Counted from the first letter of the stretch, positions 1 through 10,577 are shown. The stretch is DNA of 64,000 nt from Candidatus Nomurabacteria bacterium (GCA_020632035.1 JACKGG010000005.1:4855-68854); one strand, 5' to 3'. The notes: generated by a model not told the origin, from the letters alone. Numbers and translations are program-made.

Positions 1-201
1 CTACAACGAGAACTTTCAGATACTGAAAACAAGATTCAAGCTGCTCGTCGTTTCTTCAATGGTAATGTTCGTGATCTAAATATCGCCTTACAATCGTTTC
101 CTTCAAATATTGTTGGTAGTATGTTCAACTTTAAGGCTGAAGAATTCTTTGAACTAGAAGAGGGGAATGAACAAAGAGAACCAGTAAAAGTTGATTTTTA
201 G
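1..201 (+). CDS. lemA: LemA family protein, C-terminal fragment (5' end outside window)
   Basis: Frame 1 is open from base 1 to TAG at 199-201. The translation ...NGNVRDLNIALQSFPSNIVGSMFNFKAEEFFE... matches the conserved LemA C-terminus. It lies upstream of htpX, as in the conserved lemA-htpX pair. Confidence 0.6.
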   Translation, partial: LQRELSDTENKIQAARRFFNGNVRDLNIALQSFPSNIVGSMFNFKAEEFFELEEGNEQREPVKVDF

Positions 202-204
202 ACC

Positions 205-588
205 ATGTCAGAAATAAATCGAGTTTACTACAACAAACTAGTTCGGGACAATATTCCTGGAAAAATTGAAGCTAAGCATCAAGAATGTGAAATACGGAAA
301 ATTACTGACGTCCAGGAACTTCAACAAGAATTGTTCAAAAAAGTTCGAGAAGAGGCCGAATCTCTTTCTATGAGTCGAACCAAGGAAGATTTTCTAGAGG
401 AGTACAGTGACCTTATGGTGGTACTTGAGACGTTAATTAGACAATTAGACATAACCAAAGATGAACTGATTGCCGTGCGAAAAAATAATCTTATTACTAA
501 AGGTGGTTATAAACACGGGCACTACCTTCATTGGTCTGCTGATGTAGACTACCGTTCCAATGAAAGTGTGCAAGGAATTCCTCTATAA
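205..588 (+). CDS. MazG-like (all-alpha NTP pyrophosphohydrolase-like) small protein
   Basis: 127 aa. The N-terminal 'YNKLVRDNIP' resembles the start of MazG/HisE-like house-cleaning NTPases, and acidic 'EEAESL' and 'EEYSDL' stretches resemble the EExxE metal-binding motifs. Spacing to the flanking genes is 3 and 29 nt. Confidence 0.4.
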   Translation: MSEINRVYYNKLVRDNIPGKIEAKHQECEIRKITDVQELQQELFKKVREEAESLSMSRTKEDFLEEYSDLMVVLETLIRQLDITKDELIAVRKNNLITKGGYKHGHYLHWSADVDYRSNESVQGIPL

Positions 589-617
589 GCCGTATCTGAT
601 CAAGAAAGTCACGAAAC

Positions 618-1514
618 ATGGCGACGATATACACCCAACAATCAAATAATGTATTTAAAACTTTCGTGCTGATGGGGGTTTTCTTAGTGATGGTGATTGC
701 TATTTGCTTTGCTGTATCAGCCTACTTTGGTAATCCAATCATTTTGTACATTGGTGCTGCTTTTGCTGTATTCACCAGTATTGGTAGTTATTGGTTTTCG
801 GACAAAGTAGTTTTGAAAATGACTAGTGCCAAACAAGTAGCAAAAGAAGATGCTCCAGAGCTATATAATATTGTTGAGAATCTATCTATCACTGCTGGTC
901 TGCCTATGCCAAGAGTATTTATTGTTAATGACCCTGCACCCAACGCTTTCGCGACTGGTCGCGACCCAGAGCATGCTGTAGTAGCTGTTACTTCAGGGTT
1001 ACTACAGATCCTTGATCGAACAGAGCTTGAAGGAGTAATTGCTCATGAACTAGCTCATGTTGGCAACAGAGACATGTTAGTTATGACGGTGGCAGTTGTC
1101 TTGGCCGGTTTTGTTGCGATTGTAGCTGATATACTATCTCGTTCAATGATTTACGGTGGAGGTAATGACCGCAACCGCCACCCAGCTTTTTTGATACTCG
1201 GTATTGTAGGAATAATCTTGGCTCCTTTCGCAGCCAAACTTATTCAACTCGCAATTTCAAGAAAAAGAGAGTATCTGGCCGATGCCACCGGTGCTCTCCT
1301 TACCCGCTACCCAGAGGGTCTCGCTTCAGCGCTTGAGAAAATTAGTCAGTATGCCCAGCCAATGCGTAAGGCTTCTCACGCCACAGCCCATCTATTTATC
1401 TCAGATCCATTTCAGGATAAAAAATTAGGCATAAAACAAAAAATTAGTGGCCTCTTTCAAACCCATCCTTCAGCCGAAGACAGGATTGCGAAACTCCGAA
1501 GTATGGGAGAATAG
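618..1514 (+). CDS. htpX: HtpX-type M48 zinc metalloprotease
   Basis: 298 aa with N-terminal TM helices, the HEXXH motif 'HELAHVGNRD' and the 'FATGRDPEHAVVAVTSGLL' motif typical of HtpX. Further TM segments follow. Confidence 0.85.
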   Translation: MATIYTQQSNNVFKTFVLMGVFLVMVIAICFAVSAYFGNPIILYIGAAFAVFTSIGSYWFSDKVVLKMTSAKQVAKEDAPELYNIVENLSITAGLPMPRVFIVNDPAPNAFATGRDPEHAVVAVTSGLLQILDRTELEGVIAHELAHVGNRDMLVMTVAVVLAGFVAIVADILSRSMIYGGGNDRNRHPAFLILGIVGIILAPFAAKLIQLAISRKREYLADATGALLTRYPEGLASALEKISQYAQPMRKASHATAHLFISDPFQDKKLGIKQKISGLFQTHPSAEDRIAKLRSMGE

Positions 1515-1522
1515 TCACTGGT

Positions 1523-2599
1523 ATGGGTATCAAAGAAAAATTTCCAACCGAAGAGACCTTGCGACTTTATATTAACGAACATGCTTCTTTGTACACTAGT
1601 GAAATTTTTGCACAAATCGGTTACTTAGAGAAAGACTATAAAAAAGCAGTAAAAAATCAAATTCTTGGTATAGGACTTATTGTTATCGGATCTATTACTT
1701 TTCCTCTGCTCGAGTATTTATCCTCAGTAATTGAAGCAATATTCGCTTTAGCTATTGGTTTCTACCTAATTTTTCAAGGGCTTAAAATTATGGGTAATAG
1801 TGCAGAAGTAATTGCAAATTTTAACAATAAGTTAAATGAGTTGGCTTTTAACAAAGTTTTTAAAATTTTTTCGGTGTCAGGTATTCGAGATGTCCCTGCT
1901 GAAGCAATAGATCCTAGCTCGACTGTATATAAAATCAATAAAATAAGTTCATTATTTAGTCGACTTAACCTTAGTTCTAATAATAACAAGGTTTCTGCTG
2001 AACAAGTCACAAATCTATTAAATCAATCGGAGTTAATAACAGAAGCAAGGAATAAGATTGATGTTGATGACACCTTTAGTCTCACCTTAGACGAAAAAGA
2101 ATTAGTTGTGTCGGAATTAGATGTAAAAAATGAGACTGGAAGCGGGAAGAATCGTCATGTAAAAAACATCTTTCATGGTTATTTGTTTGCCATGAAATTA
2201 GAAAAGCAACTGGAAGGCAAGACTTTTGTATCGGCCGAGTCAGACAAAAGTGGCTTTGGCGATAAGTCATTTTTTGGTTCTAGTAAGGGAATGGAAGAAA
2301 CGATTCTGGAGTGGAATGAGTTTGAAGAAAAGCTTCATGTAATGACTTCTCATCCAGTTGAAGCAAGATATATCCTGACCACAAATTTCATGTCCGATTT
2401 ATACAATTGGTGGAAGGATCGTAAGCAAAAAATAAGATTGTCTTTTATCGGAAGTAGTTTGTACATACTTTACCCTGACACTAAAATACGTTTAAACAGA
2501 ACTGTTAGTAAGATAACTGAAGAAGAAATTGTGGAGTATTTAGAAAGCATTAGTGTTCCCTTACTTAATGTTTTGTACTTAGTAGATGATGTGAAGTAA
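1523..2599 (+). CDS. hypothetical membrane protein (two N-terminal TM helices; possibly the DUF3137-like partner of LemA/HtpX)
   Basis: 358-aa ORF starting 8 nt after the htpX stop, with two hydrophobic helices between aa 50 and 90. No catalytic motif was recognised. Confidence 0.45.
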   Translation: MGIKEKFPTEETLRLYINEHASLYTSEIFAQIGYLEKDYKKAVKNQILGIGLIVIGSITFPLLEYLSSVIEAIFALAIGFYLIFQGLKIMGNSAEVIANFNNKLNELAFNKVFKIFSVSGIRDVPAEAIDPSSTVYKINKISSLFSRLNLSSNNNKVSAEQVTNLLNQSELITEARNKIDVDDTFSLTLDEKELVVSELDVKNETGSGKNRHVKNIFHGYLFAMKLEKQLEGKTFVSAESDKSGFGDKSFFGSSKGMEETILEWNEFEEKLHVMTSHPVEARYILTTNFMSDLYNWWKDRKQKIRLSFIGSSLYILYPDTKIRLNRTVSKITEEEIVEYLESISVPLLNVLYLVDDVK

Positions 2600-2698
2600 A
2601 GCGCTGGGATTTCGTAGTTCTATACAACTCGTGGTATAACTTGTGACACTGGAGAGATGTTCACTGAGATGAGGATAATAATATCTGGTAATTATGGC

Positions 2699-2785
2699 GG
2701 AGAAGTGGCTGAGTGGTTTAAGGCGCACGCTTGGAAAGCGTGTGGGGAGCAATCCCTCGCAGGTTCAAATCCTGTCTTCTCCGCC
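2699..2785 (+). tRNA. tRNA-Ser (anticodon GGA), class II with long variable arm
   Basis: The acceptor stem GGAGAAG pairs with CTTCTCC, followed by discriminator G. The D-arm is GCTGAGTGGTTTAAGGC. The anticodon stem CACGC/GCGTG has loop TTGGAAA, giving anticodon GGA. The long variable arm is GGGGAGCAATCCCTC and the T-arm is GCAGG-TTCAAAT-CCTGT. The 3' CCA is not encoded (the sequence reads CCG). Confidence 0.75.
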
Positions 2786-2850
2786 GTAATTAGCAGGTGT
2801 TTCCTTGTAAAAAATACAAGATAATCATCATCAACTGCTATAATATATTC

Positions 2851-3357
2851 ATGAAAAAGCAGGATTTGGTTAGTATATTAATTACCTTTGCCTTTGGGGT
2901 GTTTGGTGGGGGATATCTTTACCTGACTGGCTTTGCGCCGCTTGAAAATAAAGTTTCCTTGCCTGACGTGGTGGCTTTGTCTCAGTTCGTGCTCGTTAGC
3001 GATACTTATGGTGGCTGTAGAGACAATTGTCCGTCTTTCCAAGTGGTTAACGATGGTTCGTATCGTTACTTGTATGTACCAACTGATGGCACTGGGCAAG
3101 TAGTGAGACAAGGAACATTACCTTCATCTATCCAGCGCAAACTAAAAAGTGTTCTTGATCCTGAGAAGCTTTCGGCACAGGCCGAATCGATCCAGCCAAC
3201 TTCTTGCAACTCGTTTTCGGATGGAGTTGACGTGGTCTACGACATCACTTTGGCCGGAGAGCAGTATATTTTAGATTCATGTGGTACCGCTGTAGATAGG
3301 AATAGTGAGCTTTGGTTGACTCTTCGAAGTATCTGGGAGTATTTGCAAACACTTTGA
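2851..3357 (+). CDS. hypothetical secreted/membrane-anchored protein
   Basis: The ORF track gives 2797-3357. The internal Met at 2851 (MKKQDLVSILITFAFGVFGGGYLYL...) gives a clean signal/anchor helix. Four Cys residues suggest an extracytoplasmic location. Confidence 0.45.
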   Translation: MKKQDLVSILITFAFGVFGGGYLYLTGFAPLENKVSLPDVVALSQFVLVSDTYGGCRDNCPSFQVVNDGSYRYLYVPTDGTGQVVRQGTLPSSIQRKLKSVLDPEKLSAQAESIQPTSCNSFSDGVDVVYDITLAGEQYILDSCGTAVDRNSELWLTLRSIWEYLQTL

Positions 3358-3393
3358 AATAGACCCTTGTGACTTGCGTACGTCTTTCAAAAA

Positions 3394-3424
3394 GGCGAAT
3401 TCCGTTTCGGAATTCGCCTTTTTG
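3394..3424 (+). terminator. rho-independent terminator
   Basis: GGCGAATTCCG-TTT-CGGAATTCGCC is a perfect 11-bp stem followed by TTTTTG. Confidence 0.6.
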
Positions 3425-3497
3425 AAATTAGAAAATATGCGCGCCGTAATAAGTGTGTAGGTGAGTCAGATTATCATTAAGTCACCTAGAGTTATTT

Positions 3498-4136
3498 TTG
3501 AATTATAATATGCAATCGAAATCATTACTTATTGCCATCGCCGCTTTTGCAGTTACTACAACCGGAGTTCAAGCCTATGGCGGAGTTGAAAAATTAGCAA
3601 GAGCAGGTATTAACAAAGAACAGATTCAAGCTTTTGAAGAAGCTAGAGAGCTTAGAGAGTCTGGCGACCTGAAATCAGCTCGCGACAGGCTGGTAAAGGC
3701 TGGAATAGATGAGGAGACACTAAAGAAAGTGCGAGAGGCTAAGAAAATGGTACACTCAGCCATTCAAGAGGCTGTAGAAAACAAAGATTATGAGACATTT
3801 AAAGTGGCCATAGCAGATTCACCACTCTCTGATATCGTCACAACTAAATCAGATTTTGACCTATTTGTGGAAGCTCACGAGCTCAAAATGGAAGGAGAGT
3901 GGATAGAGGCAGAAGAAATATTTTCTGAGTTAGGTATTAATAGACATGGTAAGCCTAGAAACCACTTCGGAATGAGAGGACATGTTCTTTCAGATTTAGA
4001 CGATGTACAGAGAGAGGCCTTTCAAGTTGCTAGACAATCAAATGATCGGGAGACCATGCATGCTATTTTAAAGGAAGCCGGAGTCGAATTGCACCATCGT
4101 CACCGTGAGCAAAAACCGATTAAATGGATTGAGTAA
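3498..4136 (+). CDS. hypothetical secreted protein (alpha-helical, Lys/Glu-rich)
   Basis: 212 aa. The signal peptide MQSKSLLIAIAAFAVTTTGVQA follows an alternative start at 3510. No recognisable domain. Confidence 0.5.
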   Translation: MNYNMQSKSLLIAIAAFAVTTTGVQAYGGVEKLARAGINKEQIQAFEEARELRESGDLKSARDRLVKAGIDEETLKKVREAKKMVHSAIQEAVENKDYETFKVAIADSPLSDIVTTKSDFDLFVEAHELKMEGEWIEAEEIFSELGINRHGKPRNHFGMRGHVLSDLDDVQREAFQVARQSNDRETMHAILKEAGVELHHRHREQKPIKWIE

Positions 4137-4140
4137 GCAA

Positions 4141-4168
4141 AACAGTACCTAGCGGTACTGTTTTTGTT
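4141..4168 (+). terminator. rho-independent terminator
   Basis: AACAGTACC-TAGC-GGTACTGTT followed by TTTGTTTG. Confidence 0.6.
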
Positions 4169-4183
4169 TGTTATGATAGAGGA

Positions 4184-4828
4184 ATGTACAAAGCACTTTT
4201 TTGCCTGCTAATATTTTTTTCTTCCTATGTACCAACCTTTGCTTATGATCTGTATGTAACTGAAGTCGAGAAACCCTACGATATTGTGCGAATCTCCGCC
4301 AGTGTTGAAGAAAGACAACTTCACCTCGGCACGTTGGCTGACTTTCCGGTCATGTATGAAGTTGAACTATCAGAAGCAACAGATTTCACCGCCAGTCTAC
4401 GACAGTTGTCTAATGGCAGATTAGAACCTCTTCCACTTGGAATGATTGTAGTTAAACGAGGCGAAAGGGGCGATGTAACAGAGGTGGCTCGATTTAACCC
4501 AGAAGCAGAAAAGTGGAATAAGGTGAAAGATAAAACTATTGGATTAACCTTCTGGGACAGCGAGGTCGTGGTAAAGCAACTTGAAGCCGGTACCTACGGT
4601 ATTGAGATAAGTACTCCAGATAATGTGGGTAAGTATATTTTGAGTACAGGAAGGGCTCCAGAAGGAGTTGGATATTTTGAAAAGCTAAGCAAGGCTTACC
4701 AGATACAAGATTTTTTTGGGTATTCTATATTCAGGATGCTGGTCTTACCAGCTGTCTACTACCCCTTAGGGCTTTTGTTACTACTGTTTGTTTCTAATAA
4801 AATCAGGAAATATCGACTTAACTTATAA
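4184..4828 (+). CDS. hypothetical secreted protein with C-terminal TM anchor
   Basis: 214 aa with an N-terminal signal peptide (LLIFFSSYVPTFA) and a C-terminal hydrophobic helix (VLPAVYYPLGLLLLLFV) followed by KIRKYR. Confidence 0.5.
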   Translation: MYKALFCLLIFFSSYVPTFAYDLYVTEVEKPYDIVRISASVEERQLHLGTLADFPVMYEVELSEATDFTASLRQLSNGRLEPLPLGMIVVKRGERGDVTEVARFNPEAEKWNKVKDKTIGLTFWDSEVVVKQLEAGTYGIEISTPDNVGKYILSTGRAPEGVGYFEKLSKAYQIQDFFGYSIFRMLVLPAVYYPLGLLLLLFVSNKIRKYRLNL

Positions 4829-5034
4829 TCATGCTGGCTAAATTTTTAGTAATAGTTATATGTGGAGTAATATTTGCCTATTTTGCCAACCTCGCTTTCC
4901 TTGGTGAGCTCTAGACAAAAGTAGAAAAAGCCGGTATTCTAGCGTTGTTCGTGGGTGGTCAACCCGAAAGGGCCGGCCACCTTTCTCATTTAATAGAAGA
5001 AGCCACGAAGCAGTTTTATTATTATTTATTATTT

Positions 5035-6816
5035 ATGTCACAAGAAATTAGAAATATCGCTATAATCGCTCACGTAGACCATGGTAAGACTACTCTTACT
5101 GACGGTCTCATGGAATTCACTGGTTCTCGTGAAGGCGACGCCTCAATGGATAATAATGCGCTTGAACAAGAGCGTGGTATCACTATCTACGCGAAAAATA
5201 CTTCTGTGACGTACAAAGATACTAAGATCAATATCGTTGATACTCCTGGTCACGCCGACTTTGGTTCTGAAGTAGAACGAGTGCTTCGATCGATTGATTC
5301 TGTACTTTTAGTGGTTGATGCCCAAGAAGGCCCAATGCCACAAACCCGTTTTGTACTTAAAAAGTCTCTAGAACTTGGTTTGAAGCCGATTGTGGTTATT
5401 AATAAGATAGACAAGCCAGCCGCAGACCCGGATCATTGTGAAGAGCTGGTGCTAGAACTTTTTCTAGAGCTTGGAGCCTCAGATGAGCAGTCTAGCTTTC
5501 CTGTAGTGTACGCAATTGGACGTGACGGCGTAGCTAAGCGCAAGATGGAAGATGAGTTGGTAGACTTGTCACCGGTATTGGATACTGTTCTAGAACATGT
5601 TGCACCTGCTAAGGGTTATGTGGAAGATGAAGCATTGCGGGCTCAAGTATTCAACCTTGGTTATGACAACTTTCTCGGTAGACTAGCTGTTGCTCGAATT
5701 TACGATGGTAAAATTGCAAAAGGTCAACAAGTTTTGATAAAAGCAGAAGGTGAAGAAATCAAAAAAGGTAAAGTCGTTAAACTTTCTGGTTATGAAGGTG
5801 TCCGTCAGGTAGAAATAAACGAAGCTTTTGCCGGAGACATTGTCTTGATTGCTGGATTAGAAGACATAAATATTGGTGAAACTATCACCGACAAAGAGAA
5901 TGCCGAAATTCTTCCAGCAATTTCAGTTGATGAACCTACTGTAGGAATGCAGTTTTTAGTAAACTCGTCACCATTTGCTGGTCGAGAAGGGAAGTACGTT
6001 ACCTCTCGTCAAATTGGGGAACGTCTTGAAAAAGAAATGGAAATTAACGTAGGACTTCAAGTAGAGCGCCAAGGTGACGTCTACGATGTGTACGGACGCG
6101 GGGAAATGCACATTGCAATCCTATTAGAAAATATGCGCCGAGAAGGCTATGAACTCTCTGTTTCTCAGCCGAAAGTAATTATTAAGGAAATTGATGGTGT
6201 AAAGTCAGAACCGTTTGAAGAAGTCACCATCGATATTCCTTCAGAGTTTCAGGGTCCTGTTATTGAACGTCTATCAAATCGAGGTTTCATTATGCAAAAC
6301 ATGGTACCGCACGAAAACCAAGTTCGACTATTATTTGAAGGACCAACTAGAGGACTCCTAGGTTATAAAAACCAGTTTATTATTGACACAAAAGGGGAAG
6401 GTATTCTAGCTTCACGCTTCATAGAGTTTCGAAAATACGTTGGCGAAATCAAAAAACGGCAAGTTGGTTCAATGATTTCAATGGCGACAGGAAAAGCACT
6501 TGGTTTCTCACTTTTTGGCCTACAAGACCGAGGAGAGTTATACATTGGAGCTGGAGAAGAGGTGTACGAAGGAATGGTAATTGGTAATACTAGTAAGGGT
6601 GAGGAAATGACAGTTAATCCAACCAAAGGAAAGCAACTTACAAACGTACGGGCCTCTGGTAGCGATGATGCTATAAACTTAGTGCCACACCGACCTCTTT
6701 CGATTGAAATTGGTCTCGAAATTATGCAGATTGATGAATACTTAGAAGTTTGTCCAAAATCAATCAGATTGCGGAAGCAAGGCTTAAAAGAGAGCGATAG
6801 AAAGAAAACGAAGTAA
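5035..6816 (+). CDS. typA: translational GTPase TypA/BipA
   Basis: '[19 protein letters not shown]' is the G1 motif and 'DTPGHADF' is G3. The length and C-terminal domain are TypA-like. The start was moved from the track's 4945 to the Met at 5035 to match the canonical N-terminus. Confidence 0.9.
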   Translation: MSQEIRNIAIIAHVDHGKTTLTDGLMEFTGSREGDASMDNNALEQERGITIYAKNTSVTYKDTKINIVDTPGHADFGSEVERVLRSIDSVLLVVDAQEGPMPQTRFVLKKSLELGLKPIVVINKIDKPAADPDHCEELVLELFLELGASDEQSSFPVVYAIGRDGVAKRKMEDELVDLSPVLDTVLEHVAPAKGYVEDEALRAQVFNLGYDNFLGRLAVARIYDGKIAKGQQVLIKAEGEEIKKGKVVKLSGYEGVRQVEINEAFAGDIVLIAGLEDINIGETITDKENAEILPAISVDEPTVGMQFLVNSSPFAGREGKYVTSRQIGERLEKEMEINVGLQVERQGDVYDVYGRGEMHIAILLENMRREGYELSVSQPKVIIKEIDGVKSEPFEEVTIDIPSEFQGPVIERLSNRGFIMQNMVPHENQVRLLFEGPTRGLLGYKNQFIIDTKGEGILASRFIEFRKYVGEIKKRQVGSMISMATGKALGFSLFGLQDRGELYIGAGEEVYEGMVIGNTSKGEEMTVNPTKGKQLTNVRASGSDDAINLVPHRPLSIEIGLEIMQIDEYLEVCPKSIRLRKQGLKESDRKKTK

Positions 6817-6830
6817 TAAACCAACAAAAG

Positions 6831-6855
6831 GCCGGCGCTAACACGTCGGCTTTTT
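6831..6855 (+). terminator. rho-independent terminator
   Basis: GCCGGCG-CTAACA-CGTCGGC is a 7-bp stem with one G-U pair, followed by TTTTT. Confidence 0.5.
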
Positions 6856-6880
6856 ATATGTATTGTTGTATTATTAAACT

Positions 6881-8116
6881 ATGAAATCTTTAACCACGTT
6901 TGTCTTATTTATTTACTTACTAGCGCAGGTGCCGCCAGTGGAAGCTAGCGAAACTGATAACGTAGTTATACCGCAGTTAACTGCGGTGGTGGAGTATCTA
7001 GAGCATATGTTACCAACTAGTTCAAATGAGCTAACAGCTGATAAGTTGAGAAATATAGTTACTGATGGTGCCGATTGGATTGTGGCTGCGCAAGAGGAGA
7101 GTGGGCACTTTGGTTATGAATATCACCCATTCGAAGGAACTTATAGTAGTGATGAAGGAATGGTGCGCCAAGCCGGTACCCTGTTTGCTTTGTCTGAAGT
7201 GTATCAACACCAAACTAAACAAAATCCAACCTACGCAAAGACAATAGAGAAGGCCATTTCATATTTTGAGAATATTAGTGGTAAAAGTGAGAAAGAAGAT
7301 GGAGATTTCTGGTGCATTAAAAATAATGGTAAGAGTAGTCGATGCGATTTAGGTAGCGTAGCACTGGCTTTGATTGGAATCCTTAATTATGTAGAAGCAG
7401 AACCAGATAAAGAAGCAAAGTACTCAGAAATTATTGATAAGTATTCTACATATTTAATATCTGCAAAATTTAAAGATCGAGGATTTAGCAACAAGTACAA
7501 CCTCGGTGATGGATTCGGTAAGGAAGAGTCTCCTTTCTACAACGGAGAATCCATGTTAGCTTTGGTAAAATACTATGAATACAGTCAGGATGAAAAAGTA
7601 AAAGTAATACTGGAAGAAACCTTCGACTATTTGAGTGCCAAAGAAGAGTACGAGACTCCATTGTATTTATGGATCATGGCAGCGTTAAAAGACATGAATC
7701 GGCTTTGGCCACATGAAAAGTACGTAAAGTATGCAAAAGACTTTACCGCTTGGCGAATTGACTTGTCGTTAATGAAGCATAGTACGAACAGTAACTACTG
7801 CGCTCCACTTGAGGGTATGACTAGTGCCTACAGTATTTTAGAAAACAATGTAAATTATGAACTTTTAAGTCGTCTAAGTAGTGAAATTAATTTTTGGCAA
7901 AACAAAACTACATATTTGCAGCTGAATAAAAACAGCCCATATCGCCTTATGAATTTAGATGGGCAACTGCAGTTACTCAAGCAAACAAATCCAAACTTGT
8001 CTCACGGTGGCTTTCTCTCGGCAGAAAATATACCCTTACAAAGAATTGATTTCACACAGCACTGCGTTAGCTCCTACTTGCAAAAACTAGTCGACATAAA
8101 TGGTGAAACGTTTTAG
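6881..8116 (+). CDS. hypothetical secreted protein (possible alpha/alpha-toroid repeat fold)
   Basis: 411 aa with a signal peptide (LFIYLLAQVPPVEA). The 'WIVAAQEESGHFGYEY' segment is reminiscent of prenyltransferase/terpene-cyclase-type repeats. This is a weak, unverified similarity. Confidence 0.45.
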   Translation: MKSLTTFVLFIYLLAQVPPVEASETDNVVIPQLTAVVEYLEHMLPTSSNELTADKLRNIVTDGADWIVAAQEESGHFGYEYHPFEGTYSSDEGMVRQAGTLFALSEVYQHQTKQNPTYAKTIEKAISYFENISGKSEKEDGDFWCIKNNGKSSRCDLGSVALALIGILNYVEAEPDKEAKYSEIIDKYSTYLISAKFKDRGFSNKYNLGDGFGKEESPFYNGESMLALVKYYEYSQDEKVKVILEETFDYLSAKEEYETPLYLWIMAALKDMNRLWPHEKYVKYAKDFTAWRIDLSLMKHSTNSNYCAPLEGMTSAYSILENNVNYELLSRLSSEINFWQNKTTYLQLNKNSPYRLMNLDGQLQLLKQTNPNLSHGGFLSAENIPLQRIDFTQHCVSSYLQKLVDINGETF

Positions 8117-8183
8117 GGACCAAGCTAATAGCTACAAAAAGGCATTTTCACCTTTATTTTTAAGCTAGGGTATAATCAAACAT

Positions 8184-8729
8184 ATGCAAATATTTGGATT
8201 AGTGGGATTACTTGTCACAGTAGTACTGGCGACCTGGTGGGTGACTAGTGCCGGACCAGTATCAAACACACTGGTAGACGAATCAGGTAATACCGTACAA
8301 GACTCGGCCTATAAAAACGCACTCGATTCCGCTCAGAAAGCGGCTGACAAAATGGAGAACCCTGTTTCTGTGTCTAGTAAAGCAATTTTCGTTTATGACG
8401 AAATAAGTGTACCTGACGATACTAGAATATTAGATTTGTCTGGTAAGAGCTTATCTGGGTCACTGAAGGCCGAAATACGGCACCTTACTAACTTAAGAGA
8501 GCTAGATATAAGTAACAACAACTTCACTGGTTTACCAGCTGAAGTCGGACAACTTAGTAGACTTGAGGTTTTAAACTTGTCTAACAATCCATTTACTGGA
8601 TTACCAAACGAGTTGGGTAATCTATCTAATCTACAAGTACTTGACTTACGTGGGACAAGTTATTCCGAACAAGATCTAAGCTTAATCAAACAAAGTCTGC
8701 CCAACACAGCCAAGGTTTTTGTTGATTAA
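8184..8729 (+). CDS. leucine-rich repeat (LRR) protein, secreted
   Basis: N-terminal TM/signal. The C-terminal repeats LxxLxLSNNxFTGLPxExGxLSxLxxLxL are canonical LRR units. Confidence 0.7.
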   Translation: MQIFGLVGLLVTVVLATWWVTSAGPVSNTLVDESGNTVQDSAYKNALDSAQKAADKMENPVSVSSKAIFVYDEISVPDDTRILDLSGKSLSGSLKAEIRHLTNLRELDISNNNFTGLPAEVGQLSRLEVLNLSNNPFTGLPNELGNLSNLQVLDLRGTSYSEQDLSLIKQSLPNTAKVFVD

Positions 8730-8738
8730 TACAAATTC

Positions 8739-9647
8739 TTACAAAAGAGTGGTCCAGTTACTTGAAGCATCTGACTGAGCTTCTAAAAGCAATTGTCGTA
8801 GCTTAGTTGTGACTGGTCCTGGCTGACCAGCATTAATCTGTCGGCCATCGATATCGATAATTGGAGAAACAAAAGCAGAAGTTCCACAAGCAAATACTTC
8901 GTCGGCCGTGTATACCTCAGTGAGTGCCACTTTTCTTTCGCTGATTCCTATATCTAATTTTTTAGCAATTTCAATAATGCTGCGTCTGGTAATACCCTCT
9001 AAAATATCTGAAGCACAGTCTGGAGTTATAAGCTCACCACGTTTGACCATGAATACGTTGGCGGCACTTAACTCACTAACATAACCATTTTGATTCAAAA
9101 AAAGACAGTCGTCGTAGCCGCAGTCAATCGCTTCTTGCTTGGCTAGGGCAGAGTTTACATAGGCCCCGTTTACTTTAGCTCTCGCAGGTATAGCCGTATC
9201 GGCAGTTCGTCGCCACAAGCTGGTTTTAAGGCGGGCTTTGTCTTGTGGAAGAATATTAACAGCGTCATACATAAATACGCTAGTAGTGAGTTCTAGGTTT
9301 GAGGTTCTTACCCCTGGAACCAACTCGGTTGCGTGAACCGTGACTCGGAAGAATTGGTCAGTGGTTGGTTGATTGATTCTTATCAACTCTTTAATTCTCT
9401 CGATGTCTAGATCTTTCGCTAGTTCTTCCTCTATGTTTGATAGGCCGATCATTTTGGCTGATTCCTTGAGCCTTTTCATGTGCTCAGGGATTCTAAAACA
9501 GAGTATTCCATCGCTGGTGTGCTTACCAAAAAAGACTGAGTAGACACTGAGTCCGTACAAGACAGCAGAGCTAGCCACCGACACTTTGGCTTCAGAAGTC
9601 TCGATCATTTCATTGCCCATAAGAGCGTATTTTCCTAATTTTGCCAT
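8739..9647 (-). CDS. ilvE: class IV (branched-chain / D-amino-acid) aminotransferase
   Basis: 302 aa. 'EVFACGTSAFVSPI', 'GITRRSIIEIAK' and the overall layout match the fold-type IV PLP aminotransferase family. Confidence 0.75.
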   Translation of the reverse strand: MAKLGKYALMGNEMIETSEAKVSVASSAVLYGLSVYSVFFGKHTSDGILCFRIPEHMKRLKESAKMIGLSNIEEELAKDLDIERIKELIRINQPTTDQFFRVTVHATELVPGVRTSNLELTTSVFMYDAVNILPQDKARLKTSLWRRTADTAIPARAKVNGAYVNSALAKQEAIDCGYDDCLFLNQNGYVSELSAANVFMVKRGELITPDCASDILEGITRRSIIEIAKKLDIGISERKVALTEVYTADEVFACGTSAFVSPIIDIDGRQINAGQPGPVTTKLRQLLLEAQSDASSNWTTLL

Positions 9648-9724
9648 TGCGAGTAATTATGACAGTAAAACCAGTCTAGCAACAGTACTAGACGGTGGAG
9701 TGTAGTGATTGGTATACTTTGATT

Positions 9725-10516
9725 ATGAAAATACTTCACGTTTTGATTACCATTACTGTAATCTTTTTAGCTGTAGCTTTATATTTATCTATGTCAAATG
9801 AAGCTAGTGCGCCAGATTTGGTGGGAGAGTTGCCGGAAGGAGTGTCTATTTATCCAATTTCTCACGCATCGTTTGTTTTGAAAATTAATGATACTACTTT
9901 TTTCAATGATCCAGTAGGAGAGACTTCACTATACGAAACCTACGGTACTCCAGACGTCATTTTGCTTAGTGATATTCACAGTGACCACCTTGATGTACAA
10001 ACCCTCACTGTAGTTGCTGGTGAAAATACTGTTATTGTTGCACCAGTTTCCATGCAAGATAAACTACCTTTAGAGCTACAGGAGAAAATAGTTGTTATGT
10101 CTAATGATGATATTCACCAGATTGATGAAATCTCTATAGAAGCAATCCCGATGTACAACCTACCACCTTCACCGGAGGCCTATCACGTGAAGGGTCGCGG
10201 TAATGGTTATGTCTTAGAGTGGAACGGTACTAAAATATACATAGCTGGAGATACGGCAGATATACCAGAAATGCGAGAACTTGAGAATATCAACATCGCT
10301 TTTGTTCCAATGAATCTCCCTTACACTATGGACGTCGATGTGGCAGCAGATGCGGTGCTAGATTTTGCGCCAAAAATTGTTTATCCATATCATTATAGAG
10401 GAACAGAAGGCTTGAGTGATATAAATGAGTTTAAAAGATTGGTGTCGGTCGGTAATCCAAACATAGAAGTCAGAACTCCAGATTGGTATTCAAATAAGGT
10501 AGAGGTAGAAGAATAA
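9725..10516 (+). CDS. MBL-fold metal-dependent hydrolase, membrane-anchored
   Basis: The His-rich 'DVILLSDIHSDHLD' resembles the metallo-beta-lactamase HxHxDH motif, and the N-terminal TM helix begins at the Met at 9725. Confidence 0.55.
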   Translation: MKILHVLITITVIFLAVALYLSMSNEASAPDLVGELPEGVSIYPISHASFVLKINDTTFFNDPVGETSLYETYGTPDVILLSDIHSDHLDVQTLTVVAGENTVIVAPVSMQDKLPLELQEKIVVMSNDDIHQIDEISIEAIPMYNLPPSPEAYHVKGRGNGYVLEWNGTKIYIAGDTADIPEMRELENINIAFVPMNLPYTMDVDVAADAVLDFAPKIVYPYHYRGTEGLSDINEFKRLVSVGNPNIEVRTPDWYSNKVEVEE

Positions 10517-10577
10517 TAAATCCTTATTGTAAATATAGGGAAGTCATGTTCTAATACTTCAAAGATTAATATAATAA

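Noticed and set aside
4940-5034. GC-rich GNRA-loop hairpin (GGTGG-TCAA-CCC-GAAA-GGG-CCGG-CCACC, about 4958-4990) in the 200-nt region upstream of typA, considered as a riboswitch or small RNA
   Set aside because: It is a single short helix with no recognisable conserved riboswitch core, and it lies inside the discarded 5' extension of the typA ORF. Calling a specific RNA family is not supportable from sequence alone.
6363-6827. 154-aa minus-strand ORF antisense to typA. Similar antisense ORFs fall in the htpX-downstream gene (1774-2010, 2082-2270), the LRR gene (8393-8587), MBL/CNNM (10393-10849), the anti-sigma gene (14001-14429), the 1,606-aa protein gene and the dockerin gene
   Set aside because: They are antisense to conserved, motif-bearing genes and have no independent support.
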